DNA of 64,000 nt from Alphaproteobacteria bacterium (GCA_965229605.1 OZ245892.1:446-64445); one strand, 5' to 3'. Shown: positions 28,091-38,391, counted from the stretch's first letter. Numbers and translations: made by a program. Notes: generated by a model from the letters alone, not told the origin.

Positions 28091-28981
28091 ATGCCTGAAC
28101 TTGACCGTCTTTCCATGCATCTTGTCTCCGATTCGACTGGAGAGACCGTTCAAAGCCTTGCCCATGCGGCGGCTGCCCAGTTTGATGATGTTGAAATCAA
28201 TGATCATGTCTGGCCGATGATCCGCACCAGCAACGAGCTTGGCACGGTTCTGGACAAAATTGCCGAGGATCCGGGCGTGGTCCTTTACACCCTGGTCAAT
28301 CCGGAGTTCCGCCAGAAAGTGGTGACATTTTGCCGTGAGCGCCAGATTCCGGCGATGTCGGTTCTTGATCCATTGATTGATCTCTTGTCGCGGACTTTGG
28401 GAAGGCCTCCGCGCCGTCAGCCAGGGTTGCAGCATCTGATGGACGGTGATTATTTTGGCCGGATAGATGCCATGCATTATGCGCTGGCCCACGATGACGG
28501 ACAAGGCGAACAGACGCTTTTTCAGGCTGATGTTGTGGTGATCGGGGTATCGCGGACCTCCAAAACGCCGACCTGTATGTATCTGGCCAACCGGGGCATT
28601 AAAGTCGCCAATGTGCCTTTTGTTGCTGGTATCGGGCTGCCTGCAACTGTTGTTGAAACCTGTGTTGAGCGTTCATCCGGGCCGCAGCCTTTGTTGACTG
28701 TCGGGCTGATCAAAGACCCGGACCGGCTGGTGCAGGTGCGCTTGCAACGGTTGAAAATGCTGTCCGCAGACGACGGGGGCGATTATGTTGATCTGGAGCG
28801 GGTTGAGGAAGAAATGCAGGATTTCCGCCGACTTTGTGCGCGTCACCGCTGGCCGGTTATTGATGTGACCAGGCGGTCGATTGAAGAAACCGCAGCCACG
28901 ATCTTGAAAATGGTTGAACGAAACCGGCCTAATCTTTCAGGTGATGTTCCAGCTCCTGATGTTTCGGATCAAACAGCGTAA
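28091..28981 (+). CDS. Pyruvate, phosphate dikinase / PEP synthase regulatory kinase-phosphorylase (DUF299 family)
   Basis: HLVSDSTGETV and VVIGVSRTSKTPTCMYLANRGIKVANVP. Confidence 0.85.
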   Translation: MPELDRLSMHLVSDSTGETVQSLAHAAAAQFDDVEINDHVWPMIRTSNELGTVLDKIAEDPGVVLYTLVNPEFRQKVVTFCRERQIPAMSVLDPLIDLLSRTLGRPPRRQPGLQHLMDGDYFGRIDAMHYALAHDDGQGEQTLFQADVVVIGVSRTSKTPTCMYLANRGIKVANVPFVAGIGLPATVVETCVERSSGPQPLLTVGLIKDPDRLVQVRLQRLKMLSADDGGDYVDLERVEEEMQDFRRLCARHRWPVIDVTRRSIEETAATILKMVERNRPNLSGDVPAPDVSDQTA

Positions 28982-28991
28982 AGACAAAGCG

Positions 28992-29600
28992 ATGCGTGAA
29001 AATGAGTCCCCTTTTTTAATACTGGCATCGGGCAGTGCCACCCGGGCCAAACTGCTAAATGCTGCCGGGGTGGAATTTCAGATTGATATTTCCAATCTCG
29101 ATGAGGATGTGATCAAAAGGGAAGGGGCTGACCTTGCCCCAGAGGACCTGGCCATTTTGCTGGCCCGGCGCAAAGCCCAGCATGTCGCCCGCCGCCATCC
29201 GGGGAAGTTTGTGCTGGGGGCCGACCAGATTCTGGTTTGTGACGGGCAACGGTTTGACAAGCCGCCGGATATTGAAACCCTGCGTCAGCAGCTTCTTTCC
29301 TTGCGCGGGCGGGCGCATGTTCTGATCAGTGCTCTATCGATAGAGCGCGAAGGGGCGCAAGTCTGGTCCTGTTGTGAAAAGGCCCATCTTCAAGTCCGTT
29401 CGTTCAGCGATGATTTTCTGGAGTCCTATCTTGAGCAAGAGGACAAGGACGGGGCCTTTCGGGCGGTTGGCGGCTATCGGCTGGAAGGCATGGGCGCACA
29501 GTTGTTTGACAGGATTTCAGGTGATTTTTTCACGGTTTTGGGCTTGCCGCTTTTGCCCTTGCTGTCTTTCTTGCGTGATCAGGAGATTTTAAAAGAATGA
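28992..29600 (+). CDS. maf: Maf-like nucleoside triphosphate pyrophosphatase
   Basis: The internal ATG at 28992 gives MRENESPFLILASGSATRAKLL..., with GADQ and AGGYRLEG. The longer ORF start (28914) would overlap the upstream gene. Confidence 0.85.
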   Translation: MRENESPFLILASGSATRAKLLNAAGVEFQIDISNLDEDVIKREGADLAPEDLAILLARRKAQHVARRHPGKFVLGADQILVCDGQRFDKPPDIETLRQQLLSLRGRAHVLISALSIEREGAQVWSCCEKAHLQVRSFSDDFLESYLEQEDKDGAFRAVGGYRLEGMGAQLFDRISGDFFTVLGLPLLPLLSFLRDQEILKE

Positions 29601-30595
29601 GTAAATCCGAACCATTAGAAGTTATTGGCATTGGCAATGCCCTGGTTGATATTCTGGCCGAGGTTGAAGATAGCTTCCTTGCACAGGCCGGGCTGGCAAA
29701 AGGGGCCATGACCCTGATTGATGGTGATCAGTCCGATGCGTTGCGCAAGCAATTATCTGAAAAAGCGGCCTTAACCAGTGGCGGTTCGGCAGGCAATACA
29801 ATGGCTGGCTTTGCCGCAATGGGGGGGCATGGCGGCTATCTTGGCAAGCTCGGGGCGGATAAATATGGCGATGCCTTTCTGGATGATCTGAACAAGCTCG
29901 GCCTTGCCTGCGGACAAGCCCCGCGCCACGAAAGCCTTGGCACCGGAAGCTGTCTGGTCATGACCACGCCCGATGCCCAGCGTACCATGGCAACTTGTCT
30001 GGGGGCCGCAACCGAATTTTCCCCGGCCGATCTTGATATCGAGATGATCAAGGCGTCAAAAATTGCCTATCTTGAAGGCTATCTTTTTGACCAGCCCCCG
30101 GCCAAACAGGCGTTCCGTGCGGCGGCTGACCTGTCCAAAGCTGCTGGAAACCTTGTCGCCCTGACGCTTTCTGACCGTTTTTGTGTGGATCGCCATCAAC
30201 AGGATTTCCACGCTCTTATCAAAGGCCCGGTCGATATTCTCTTTGCCAACGAGGATGAAGCCAGCGCGCTCTTTGCGACCTCTGATTTGCAGGAAATCAC
30301 TGATTCTCTGCGGTCCCTTTGCAGCATCAGCCTGATCACACGGGCCGAAAAAGGGTCGGTCATTATAACAGAGTCGCAGGTGATCGAGGTCGAAGCCATC
30401 CCGCCCGTGCAGCTGCTGGACAGCAACGGTGCCGGGGATGCCTTTGCTGCCGGGTTTCTTTTTGGCTATACCCGCAAAGCCCCATTGGCTGCGGCAGCCC
30501 GTCTGGGCTCGGCAGTTGCCAGCGAGGTGATCAGCCATTTCGGAGGACGCGCCCAAACGGACCTGAAAACCCTGGTCACCCGCTATCTTTCTTGA
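29597..30595 (+). CDS. PfkB-family carbohydrate/adenosine kinase
   Basis: 332 aa. IGIGNALVDIL, GGSAGNT and DSNGAGDAFAAGF are PfkB signatures. Confidence 0.75.
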   Translation: MSKSEPLEVIGIGNALVDILAEVEDSFLAQAGLAKGAMTLIDGDQSDALRKQLSEKAALTSGGSAGNTMAGFAAMGGHGGYLGKLGADKYGDAFLDDLNKLGLACGQAPRHESLGTGSCLVMTTPDAQRTMATCLGAATEFSPADLDIEMIKASKIAYLEGYLFDQPPAKQAFRAAADLSKAAGNLVALTLSDRFCVDRHQQDFHALIKGPVDILFANEDEASALFATSDLQEITDSLRSLCSISLITRAEKGSVIITESQVIEVEAIPPVQLLDSNGAGDAFAAGFLFGYTRKAPLAAAARLGSAVASEVISHFGGRAQTDLKTLVTRYLS

Positions 30596-30901
30596 TTATC
30601 CTGTATTTAAGGCTTGACGGGCTGGGGCCACGTCTATAACAGGGGCCAGTCGATTGGCGGCGGCTGTAGGCTGTCGGGTTTTGCGTGTTTGATCAAAAAC
30701 CCTGCAAAACTTGGCTTGAAAGGGCCTAAACGCGCTGGCAACGGTGAAATATAAAGATACCCTCCCCCTTATTATAATCGGGCGAGATTATAAACAGGCG
30801 GGATTAAAGACAGATTTTATAAACGGGTCTGTCGTTGTGAACAGCGCATCTTATGCGTCGCAGAAGACATTTTGTGTGTTTATTTGTGATTGGAGTCCAG
30901 T

Positions 30902-31270
30902 ATGATACAAATGCAATCGACACTAGATGTTGCGGATAATTCCGGCGCACGAAAGGTCATGTGCATCAAGGTGCTGGGCGGTTCCAAGCGCAAATATGCG
31001 TCTGTCGGGGATGTGATTGTGGTTTCTGTCAAGGAAGCCATTCCGCGTGGCAAGGTTAAGAAGGGCAGTGTCCAGCGTGCGGTTGTTGTTCGCACGGCGA
31101 AGGATATTCAGCGTCCGGATGGTTCGACGATTCGCTTTGATTCGAATGCGGCGGTTTTGATCACCAAGCAGAACGAGCCGATAGGCACCCGTATTTTTGG
31201 CCCGATTGTTCGGGAGTTACGGGCGAAGCGTTTTATGAAGATTATTTCTTTGGCGCCTGAAGTTTTATAA
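30902..31270 (+). CDS. rplN: 50S ribosomal protein L14
   Basis: [27 protein letters not shown] from the ATG at 30902. Confidence 0.95.
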   Translation: MIQMQSTLDVADNSGARKVMCIKVLGGSKRKYASVGDVIVVSVKEAIPRGKVKKGSVQRAVVVRTAKDIQRPDGSTIRFDSNAAVLITKQNEPIGTRIFGPIVRELRAKRFMKIISLAPEVL

Positions 31271-31284
31271 AAGGACGATTCGCG

Positions 31285-31602
31285 ATGGCACAAAAAATTA
31301 AAAAAGGGGACCGGGTTGAAGTCCTTGCTGGTCGCAATCGCGGGCAGCGTGGAGACATTTTGCGGATACTCCCGGATACGGGCAAGGCGATTGTTCAGGG
31401 GGTTAATCTTGCGTTGCGTCACACGCGCCAGAGTCAGACGTCACAAGGCGGGATTATTTCCAAGGAGATGCCGTTAAATCTGTCCAATCTTGCTTTGATA
31501 GACCCGGCGGATGACAAGCCGGTTCGTGTCGGGTTCAAGACGGACGAGGACGGACGCAAGCGGCGTTATGCCAAGCGTTCTGGCCAATTTATTGATTCGT
31601 AA
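31285..31602 (+). CDS. rplX: 50S ribosomal protein L24
   Basis: [22 protein letters not shown] is the KOW motif. The position in the spc operon fits. Confidence 0.9.
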   Translation: MAQKIKKGDRVEVLAGRNRGQRGDILRILPDTGKAIVQGVNLALRHTRQSQTSQGGIISKEMPLNLSNLALIDPADDKPVRVGFKTDEDGRKRRYAKRSGQFIDS

Positions 31603-31621
31603 ATGAGGGATCGTGACCGTT

Positions 31622-32170
31622 ATGTCTTATAAGCCACGTTTACAAGCGATGTATGAAGACAAGGTGCGCAAGGCCTTGAACGAGGAGTTTTCCTATCGGA
31701 ACCCGATGCAGATTCCGCGTCTGGAGAAGATTGTGGTGAATATGGGGGTTGGGAGTGCGACGGCGGACCGCAAGAAGCTGACGAATGCGATGGATAGTTT
31801 GCGGGTGATAGCGGGTCAGCAGCCTGTTCCGACGCGGGCGAAGAAGTCGGTTGCGTCTTTTAAGCTGCGCGAGGGCATGAGCATTGGCTGCAAGGTGACG
31901 TTGCGAGGTCAACGGATGTATGAGTTTCTGGATCGGCTGATTACGGTTGCGATGCCGCGTATTCGGGATTTTCGGGGGATCAGCGGCAAGAGTTTTGACG
32001 GTCACGGCAATTTTGCGATGGGGTTGAAGGAGCAGATTGTCTTTCCTGAAATTGACTATGACAAGGTGGAAGACGTGATCGGGATGGATGTTGTGATTTG
32101 CACGAGTGCTGCGAATGATACCGAGGCAAAAGCGATGCTCAAGCATTTTAACATGCCTTTTTACAGCTGA
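31622..32170 (+). CDS. rplE: 50S ribosomal protein L5
   Basis: [14 protein letters not shown]...[18 protein letters not shown]. The ATG at 31622 has better SD spacing than the GTG at 31613. Confidence 0.93.
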   Translation: MSYKPRLQAMYEDKVRKALNEEFSYRNPMQIPRLEKIVVNMGVGSATADRKKLTNAMDSLRVIAGQQPVPTRAKKSVASFKLREGMSIGCKVTLRGQRMYEFLDRLITVAMPRIRDFRGISGKSFDGHGNFAMGLKEQIVFPEIDYDKVEDVIGMDVVICTSAANDTEAKAMLKHFNMPFYS

Positions 32171-32201
32171 AGTTAAAGGCTTTGATGATCAGGAGACGTG
32201 A

Positions 32202-32507
32202 ATGGCAAAGCAAAGTTTAATCAACCGCGACAAGAAACGCGCCCGGATGCAGGCACAATGTGCTGCGCGTCGTTTGGCTTTAAAGAAGCAGATTCATGAC
32301 CGCTCCTTATCGCCGGAAGCGCGTTTTGCTGCGCAGCTCAGCCTGGATAAATTGCCAAAGAATGCGTCTCCGGTTCGGCTTCATAACCGCTGCGAGATCA
32401 CAGGCCGCTCGAAAGGCTTCTATCGCAAATTCCGGATTTCGCGGATTATGCTCCGTGACATGGCTGCGCGTGGGCTGCTCCCCGGGGTGGTCAAGGCCAG
32501 CTGGTAG
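32202..32507 (+). CDS. rpsN: 30S ribosomal protein S14
   Basis: 101 aa. [13 protein letters not shown]...[22 protein letters not shown]...LPGVVKASW. Confidence 0.95.
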   Translation: MAKQSLINRDKKRARMQAQCAARRLALKKQIHDRSLSPEARFAAQLSLDKLPKNASPVRLHNRCEITGRSKGFYRKFRISRIMLRDMAARGLLPGVVKASW

Positions 32508-32580
32508 AACCGGCCTATAATATAGAAAGCGGGACACAATGAATATACACTCAACCAAGGTCAGGCAGGGGATAATCTAA

Positions 32581-32979
32581 ATGTCGATGAGCGATCCTTT
32601 ATCGGATATGCTAAGCCGTATTCGCAATGGTCAGATGGCTGGCAAGTCCACGGTTGCGGTTCCGGCTTCGCAGATTAAAGCCAAGGTTCTGGATGTCTTG
32701 ATCCGGGAGGGTTTTATCCGTGGCTATAGCGAGACGATTGTGCGCACGGGCATCCGCGAGTTCACGGTGGAGTTGAAATATGACGAGGGGCAACCGGTTA
32801 TTCGGGAGCTCTCGCGGGTTTCCAGGCCCGGGCAGCGGGTTTACTCTGCGATTAAGGATCTTCCGCGCGTTTACAATGGCTTAGGTGTTTCGATAGTCTC
32901 GACCTCCAAGGGCGTGATGAGTGATCATGAGGCCAGGCAAGCCAATGTTGGCGGCGAGATTTTGTGCAAGGTTTTCTAG
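32581..32979 (+). CDS. rpsH: 30S ribosomal protein S8
   Basis: [18 protein letters not shown]...GGEILCKVF. The TAG stop lies inside the palindromic repeat copy. Confidence 0.95.
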   Translation: MSMSDPLSDMLSRIRNGQMAGKSTVAVPASQIKAKVLDVLIREGFIRGYSETIVRTGIREFTVELKYDEGQPVIRELSRVSRPGQRVYSAIKDLPRVYNGLGVSIVSTSKGVMSDHEARQANVGGEILCKVF

Positions 32980-32994
32980 GGTCAGGACCCCTTA
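32977..32994. repeat. Palindromic repeat copy TAGGGTCAGGACCCCTTA, overlapping the rpsH stop codon
   Basis: Read directly from the sequence. One extra C relative to the other copies. Confidence 0.7.
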
Positions 32995-33033
32995 ACTTTA
33001 ATAGAAGAAACCAGATAGAGCGGGTAAAATATT

Positions 33034-33591
33034 ATGTCACGGGTTGGAAAATATCCAGTCGCGCTCCCTGACGGGGTTGAGGCTAAAATCACAGATGGCG
33101 TCTTTGAGGCCAAAGGCAAGTTTGGCACCCAGTCGGTCAAGATGCTGGATTATGTGGATGTCACGCTTGGCGAAGGAGCCGATGGCCGCAATGTCACGGT
33201 GACCCCGCGCGTTTTGACCAAGCGGGCGCGGCAGAACTGGGGCACCATGCGGGCCCTGATCAATAATGCTGTGATCGGCGCAGATCGTGGCTTTACCCGG
33301 CGGCTTGGCCTTTCCGGGGTGGGCTATCGTGTGACAAGTGCCGGGTCCAACCTCAAACTGTCGCTTGGGCTTAGCCATGAAGTTGTCCATCCGATTCCCT
33401 CTGATATCAAGGCGACCATCGAAGGTGACCGTAGCCCGGTGATCGTGTTGACCGGTGCCTCCAAACAGCGGGTTGGGCAGGTGGCCAGTGACATCAAAAG
33501 CTATCGCCGTCCTGAACCTTATGGCGGCAAGGGTATTCGCTATGAAGGCGAATTTATCCTGCGCAAAGAAGGCAAGAAGAAGAAAAAATAG
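33034..33591 (+). CDS. rplF: 50S ribosomal protein L6
   Basis: MSRVGKYPVALPDGVE...PEPYGGKGIRYEGEFI. Confidence 0.95.
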   Translation: MSRVGKYPVALPDGVEAKITDGVFEAKGKFGTQSVKMLDYVDVTLGEGADGRNVTVTPRVLTKRARQNWGTMRALINNAVIGADRGFTRRLGLSGVGYRVTSAGSNLKLSLGLSHEVVHPIPSDIKATIEGDRSPVIVLTGASKQRVGQVASDIKSYRRPEPYGGKGIRYEGEFILRKEGKKKKK

Positions 33592-33600
33592 GTATAGGTC

Positions 33601-33960
33601 ATGGACAAGAAATCGCTTTTTATACGCCGCCAACAGCGCACACGCTATCAAATTCGCCAGAAGTCTTCTGGACGCCCCCGGGTTTCAGTCTTTCGCTCGG
33701 CCCGCCATATTTATGCGCAGATCATTGATGATGCACAAGGCCGCACCCTGGCCCAGGCGTCCAGTCTTGACAAGGACTTGCGCAAAACTCTGGCGCAAGG
33801 CGGCAATAAGGAAGCAGCCGGAGCGGTCGGCAAACTTTTGGCTGAACGGGCCGTAAAAGCTGGACTGGCGCAGGTGGCCTTTGATCGTGGAGGCTATAAA
33901 TACCATGGCCGGATCAAGGAACTGGCCGATGCGCTACGCGCTGGCGGATTAGACTTTTAA
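33601..33960 (+). CDS. rplR: 50S ribosomal protein L18
   Basis: [20 protein letters not shown]...[26 protein letters not shown]. Confidence 0.95.
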   Translation: MDKKSLFIRRQQRTRYQIRQKSSGRPRVSVFRSARHIYAQIIDDAQGRTLAQASSLDKDLRKTLAQGGNKEAAGAVGKLLAERAVKAGLAQVAFDRGGYKYHGRIKELADALRAGGLDF

Positions 33961-34025
33961 TTGAGCTTTTTAGTCAAGATAACCCAAACGAAACAGAAGA
34001 TATAATCAGAAATAGGGGATAACGC

Positions 34026-34682
34026 ATGGCGCGTGCAGGCAGGGATGATGGTGGTCGCGAAGCTCGTGATCGCAGTGAAGAGCCCGAACTTATTGAAAAA
34101 CTTGTTGCGATTAACCGTGTTGCCAAGGTGGTCAAAGGCGGGCGTCGCTTTGGCTTTGCCGCGCTGGTTGTGGTTGGCGATGGCAAGGGCCGGGTTGGTT
34201 TTGGCACCGGGAAAGCCCGGGAGGTGCCGGAAGCCATTCGCAAAGCGACCGAGGCCGCAAAGCGCGGGATGATTCGCGTCCCCTTGCGCAGCGGGCGCAC
34301 TCTGCATCATGATATTATTGGTCGCTATGGAGCCGGACGGGTCTATATTCGTCAGGCTCCGGGCGGAACCGGCGTGATTGCCGGGGGTCCGACTCGTGCG
34401 GTTTTTGAAGCCCTTGGCGTGCAGGATGTTGTGGCGAAATCTGTGGGGTCGTCCAATCCCTATAATATGATCAAGGCGGCCTTTAACGGGTTGCAACGCA
34501 GTCAGTCTCCGCGTCATGTTGCGGCGCGGCGCGGCTTGAAATTGTCTGATATTGCCAGTCGGAGGGGTAATGAGGAACGGGGGAGGCGCGATGAAAGTGC
34601 CTCCCCTGACACCTCTGTTGGCGATACCCCTGTTGGCGACACCTCTGTTGGCGATACTCTTGTTGAAGGAGCGCAGGCATGA
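34026..34682 (+). CDS. rpsE: 30S ribosomal protein S5 with a repeat-containing C-terminal tail
   Basis: [53 protein letters not shown]. The tail is ...[32 protein letters not shown]. Confidence 0.93.
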   Translation: MARAGRDDGGREARDRSEEPELIEKLVAINRVAKVVKGGRRFGFAALVVVGDGKGRVGFGTGKAREVPEAIRKATEAAKRGMIRVPLRSGRTLHHDIIGRYGAGRVYIRQAPGGTGVIAGGPTRAVFEALGVQDVVAKSVGSSNPYNMIKAAFNGLQRSQSPRHVAARRGLKLSDIASRRGNEERGRRDESASPDTSVGDTPVGDTSVGDTLVEGAQA

Positions 34683-35170
34683 GTGACGAAGACGCACCCA
34701 AAAAGGCTAAAAAGCCAGCAGCCAAAAAACCCGCCGCTAAAAAAGCGGCCCCGAAAGCCACCAAAAATGTTGCGGATACTAAAAACGTAACGGATACAGC
34801 GGCGAAACCGGTGGCCAAAAAAGCGGCGGCCCCTAAAGCATCAGAAGCGAAAGCAGCAGCCCCTAAAGCATCAGAAGCGAAAGCAGCCGCCCCTAAGGCA
34901 GAAGATAAGCCTAAAAAAGCAGATACAAAAGCCGCCAAGCCAAAATCCAAACCGGCTAAACCGGCGAAGCCAGCCCCAACCGGGCCCTTTCTATTTGTCG
35001 AGCAAATTGGCAGCCCGATTGGTCGTCAGAAAAATCAGAAGCAAACCCTGGTGGGTTTGGGCCTTAACCGGGTTGGACGCTCCCGGCGGCTTGTCGATAC
35101 GCCCGCCGTGCGCGGAATGATTCGAACAGTCGGACATCTTGTCCGCTGGCGGGAAGAAGGTGGATCATGA
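34679..35170 (+). CDS. rpmD: 50S ribosomal protein L30 with a ~100-aa Ala/Lys/Pro-rich N-terminal extension
   Basis: The C-terminal 60 aa ([50 protein letters not shown]) form an L30 domain. The ATG overlaps the rpsE stop (ATGA). I find no in-frame start codon near the domain boundary. Confidence 0.8.
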   Translation: MSDEDAPKKAKKPAAKKPAAKKAAPKATKNVADTKNVTDTAAKPVAKKAAAPKASEAKAAAPKASEAKAAAPKAEDKPKKADTKAAKPKSKPAKPAKPAPTGPFLFVEQIGSPIGRQKNQKQTLVGLGLNRVGRSRRLVDTPAVRGMIRTVGHLVRWREEGGS

Positions 35171-35724
35171 AACTGAATGAACTTCGCGATAATGCCGGGG
35201 CGACCAAAACGCGGGTGCGGGTTGGACGCGGCATCGGGTCTGGAAAAGGCAAGACCGCCGGGCGTGGGGTCAAAGGCCAGAAATCACGCAGCGGTGTCGC
35301 CATCAAAGGCTTTGAAGGCGGGCAAATGCCGCTTTATCGCCGTTTGCCGAAATTCGGCTTTAAAAATGTCGGGGCAAAGCAATTTGTTGTGGTCAATACG
35401 GGCCGACTTCAAAAAGCGATTGATGAAAAAAAACTTGATGCTTCAAGCGTGATCGGAACCGATCAGTTGAAAGCCGCCGGACTGGTGTCAAATGCGCTGG
35501 ACGGGGTGCGGATTCTGGGCCAGGGCGAACTCAAAGCAAAGCTCTCGCTTCAGGTTGCTGGCATATCGGCAACGGCCCGCCAGGCGATTGAAGCCGCAGG
35601 CGGCAGCGTTGAACTGATCGTGCCGCAAAAACGGGTCACACAGAAAAATGCCGATAAAATTGGCAAACGTCAGCAACGGCGACTTGATGCCGCTGCCCGC
35701 CGCGAGGCTGCAAAAGCCCAATAG
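35167..35724 (+). CDS. rplO: 50S ribosomal protein L15
   Basis: [43 protein letters not shown]. Confidence 0.95.
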   Translation: MKLNELRDNAGATKTRVRVGRGIGSGKGKTAGRGVKGQKSRSGVAIKGFEGGQMPLYRRLPKFGFKNVGAKQFVVVNTGRLQKAIDEKKLDASSVIGTDQLKAAGLVSNALDGVRILGQGELKAKLSLQVAGISATARQAIEAAGGSVELIVPQKRVTQKNADKIGKRQQRRLDAAARREAAKAQ

Positions 35725-35726
35725 TC

Positions 35727-35785
35727 ATAAAAAAACCAGTAAGTCACAAAACCCAGTACATAACAAAAACCAGTAAATCATAACA
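35727..35785. repeat. Three imperfect tandem ~17-20-nt repeats (AAAACCAGTAAnTCAnAAC) in the rplO-secY spacer
   Basis: The units read aaaaaaaccagtaagtcac / aaaacccagtacataac / aaaaaccagtaaatcataac. Confidence 0.7.
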
Positions 35786-35802
35786 GGAAACAGGATGCGC
35801 TG

Positions 35803-37155
35803 ATGGCATCGGTCGCCGAACAATTTGCCTCTAACTTCAACTTTGGGGCCCTGGCCAAAGCCGAAGAATTAAAGAAGCGTATCTGGTTTACGCTGGGGGC
35901 GCTTATTGTTTACCGCCTGGGGACCTATATTCCCCTGCCCGGCATTGATCCGGTCGTGCTTGAAGATTTATTCAATCAGCAGCGCGGCGGCATCCTTGAT
36001 ATTTTTGACACATTCGCGGGCGGGGCCCTGTCGCGGATGACGATTTTTGCCCTCAATATCATGCCCTATATTTCGGCCTCCATCATCATGCAGCTGATGA
36101 CCGCGATTGTCCCCTCCCTGGAACAGCTGAAAAAAGACGGCGAATCAGGACGCAAGAAAATCAACCAATATACCCGCTATGGCACCGTCTTCCTGGCCGC
36201 CGTGCAGGGATACGGAATCGCTGCCGGGCTCGAAGGGCTGGTGACCTCGCAAGGGGCGGGTGCCGTCATCGACCCCGGGGCCTTTTTCCGCGTTTCAACC
36301 ATGGTGACGCTGGTCGGCGGGACCATGTTCCTGCTCTGGCTGGGCGAACAAATAACCCAGCGCGGCGTCGGGAATGGAGTCTCGCTGATTATTTTCTCAG
36401 GCATTGTCGCAGGCTTGCCAACGGCGCTTGCCAGCACGCTGGAGCTTGGGCGCCAGGGCCGTCTTTCAACCCTGCTGATTCTGGCCCTGTTTGTTGTCGC
36501 GATTGTGGTTATTCTCGCCATCGTCTTTTTTGAACGCGCCCAGCGGCGTATCCAGGTCCAATATCCCAAACGGCAAGTCGGCAACCGCATGTATGACGGA
36601 CAATCCAGCCACCTGCCCTTAAAACTGAATACGGCCGGGGTTATCCCGCCGATTTTTGCCAGTTCACTTTTGCTGCTGCCGCTGACCATTGCCAATTTTT
36701 CCGGCGCACAGGGGGCTGGCGGGCTGGCTGCAACCCTGAGCAGCTATCTCGGCCACGGCCAACCACTCTATCTGGTCTTTTATGTGATACTGATCAGCTT
36801 TTTCGCCTTTTTCTATACCTCGGTGGTCTTTAATCCCAAAGATACCGCCGATAACCTCAAACGAAACGGCGGCTTTATTCCCGGAATCCGCCCCGGGGCC
36901 CAGACCGCAGATTTCCTTGATTATGTGCTGACCCGCCTGACCGTTGTCGGCGCAATCTATCTGTCTATCGTCTGCGTGATCCCGGAACTCCTGATCGCAC
37001 AGCTTGCCGTCCCCTTCTATCTGGGCGGCACCAGCCTGCTGATCGTGGTGTCGGTCACCATGGATACTGTCACCCAGATTCAAAGTCATCTATTTGCGCA
37101 TCAATATGAAGGGTTGATCAAGAAATCAAAACTTATGCGGGGGGGGCGACGATGA
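35803..37155 (+). CDS. secY: Preprotein translocase subunit SecY
   Basis: 450 aa with 10 TM segments. LGALIVYRLGTYIPLPGID and LNIMPYISASIIMQL. Confidence 0.95.
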   Translation: MASVAEQFASNFNFGALAKAEELKKRIWFTLGALIVYRLGTYIPLPGIDPVVLEDLFNQQRGGILDIFDTFAGGALSRMTIFALNIMPYISASIIMQLMTAIVPSLEQLKKDGESGRKKINQYTRYGTVFLAAVQGYGIAAGLEGLVTSQGAGAVIDPGAFFRVSTMVTLVGGTMFLLWLGEQITQRGVGNGVSLIIFSGIVAGLPTALASTLELGRQGRLSTLLILALFVVAIVVILAIVFFERAQRRIQVQYPKRQVGNRMYDGQSSHLPLKLNTAGVIPPIFASSLLLLPLTIANFSGAQGAGGLAATLSSYLGHGQPLYLVFYVILISFFAFFYTSVVFNPKDTADNLKRNGGFIPGIRPGAQTADFLDYVLTRLTVVGAIYLSIVCVIPELLIAQLAVPFYLGGTSLLIVVSVTMDTVTQIQSHLFAHQYEGLIKKSKLMRGGRR

Positions 37156-37802
37156 ATATTATTCTACTGGGACCGCCGGGGGCCGGAAAAGGCACGCAGG
37201 CAAAAATGATTGTTGATAAACGCGGCATCGTGCAACTGTCTACAGGCGATATGTTGCGTGATGCCGTCAAATCCGGCAGTGCGCTTGGACAAAAGGCCAA
37301 AGCCCTTATGGAAGCCGGGGAACTGGTGCCTGATGACCTGGTGATCGGTATTATCGACAGCCGTCTTGATGAACCGGATTGCGCAAAAGGCTTTATTCTT
37401 GATGGCTTTCCGCGCACGATTGCTCAGGCCGAGGCTCTGGACGATCTTCTGGACAAAAAGAACCTGGCCCTCCATGCCGTGATCAAAATGGATGTCGATG
37501 AAGAAGCCTTGACCCGCCGGATTTCAGGCCGTTTCTCTTGCGCCTCTTGCGGACAGGGCTACCACGACGATTTCCAAAAACCGGCCAAGGACGGAATCTG
37601 CGATAAATGCGGCAGCACCGACTTTATTCGCCGTAAAGATGACAATGCAGAAACCGTCCGCTCCCGGCTGGCGGTCTATCATAATCAGACCGCGCCGATC
37701 CTCCCCTATTACGAGGCACGCGGCACCTTGAAAAGCGTCGATGGCATGGCAGCGATTGATCAGGTCTCTGCTGCGATTGACCAGATTTTAGATTCAATTT
37801 GA
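37152..37802 (+). CDS. adk: Adenylate kinase (zinc-lid type)
   Basis: MNIILLGPPGAGKGTQA, with the LID motifs CASCG...CDKCG. Confidence 0.95.
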   Translation: MNIILLGPPGAGKGTQAKMIVDKRGIVQLSTGDMLRDAVKSGSALGQKAKALMEAGELVPDDLVIGIIDSRLDEPDCAKGFILDGFPRTIAQAEALDDLLDKKNLALHAVIKMDVDEEALTRRISGRFSCASCGQGYHDDFQKPAKDGICDKCGSTDFIRRKDDNAETVRSRLAVYHNQTAPILPYYEARGTLKSVDGMAAIDQVSAAIDQILDSI

Positions 37803-37811
37803 AATGATGAT

Positions 37812-37828
37812 CTGAGTCCTGACTCTAG
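37812..37828. repeat. Degenerate copy of the palindromic repeat (TGAGTCCTGACTCTAGG)
   Basis: GAGTC-CT-GACTC has the same architecture as GGGTC-CT-GACCC, with compensating changes in both arms. Confidence 0.45.
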
Positions 37829-37890
37829 GTCTTGACAAGCCGATTATTTTCATTGATTGAACGCCTACTGAATTTTAAAGGAGCAAGACA

Positions 37891-38271
37891 TTGGCACGTA
37901 TTGCTGGGGTGAATATTCCAACCAACAAGCGGGTTTTGACCGCTTTGACCTATATTAACGGCATTGGTCGGACGTCATCGTCCAAGATTCTGGCGGAAAC
38001 CGGGGTTGATCCGACCACCCGCGTCAATGCCCTGAGCGAAGACGAGTTGGCCCGTATTCGTGAATCGATTGATCGCGGCTTTATGGTTGAAGGCGATTTG
38101 CGGCGTGATGTTGCAATGAATATCAAGCGTTTGATGGACCTTGGGTGTTTTCGGGGCTTGCGCCATCGCCGCAATTTGCCGGTTCGCGGGCAGCGCACGC
38201 ATACCAATGCCCGCACCCGTAAAGGCAAGGCGGTTGCGATTGCCGGGAAGAAACAGGCTCCGCGTAAGTAA
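37891..38271 (+). CDS. rpsM: 30S ribosomal protein S13 (TTG start)
   Basis: (M)[14 protein letters not shown]...[32 protein letters not shown] lies 8 nt upstream of the TTG. Confidence 0.93.
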   Translation: MARIAGVNIPTNKRVLTALTYINGIGRTSSSKILAETGVDPTTRVNALSEDELARIRESIDRGFMVEGDLRRDVAMNIKRLMDLGCFRGLRHRRNLPVRGQRTHTNARTRKGKAVAIAGKKQAPRK

Positions 38272-38308
38272 GCTATTGGGTAAGTAAGCTATCGGGCAAG
38301 TAAATTAT
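38264..38308. repeat. 16-nt tandem duplication spanning the rpsM stop codon (GTAAGTAAGCTATyGG x2 plus a degenerate third unit)
   Basis: Read directly: 38264-38279, 38280-38295 and 38296-38308. Confidence 0.75.
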
Positions 38309-38391
38309 AGAGTAACGATCATACATATCAAAGCGCGTGAGCAGGCCCGTCCCGGATTTTGAGCGCGCATTTGGAAAGGAACAACAGGAAG

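Noticed and set aside
33957-34950. Minus-strand ORFs of 246 aa (33957-34697) and 155 aa (34483-34950) opposite rpsE/rpmD.
   Set aside because: They are antisense shadows. The 155-aa ORF is merely the complement of the Ala/Lys repeat region, which makes it Ala/Phe/Leu-rich. The operon context strongly favours the plus-strand genes.
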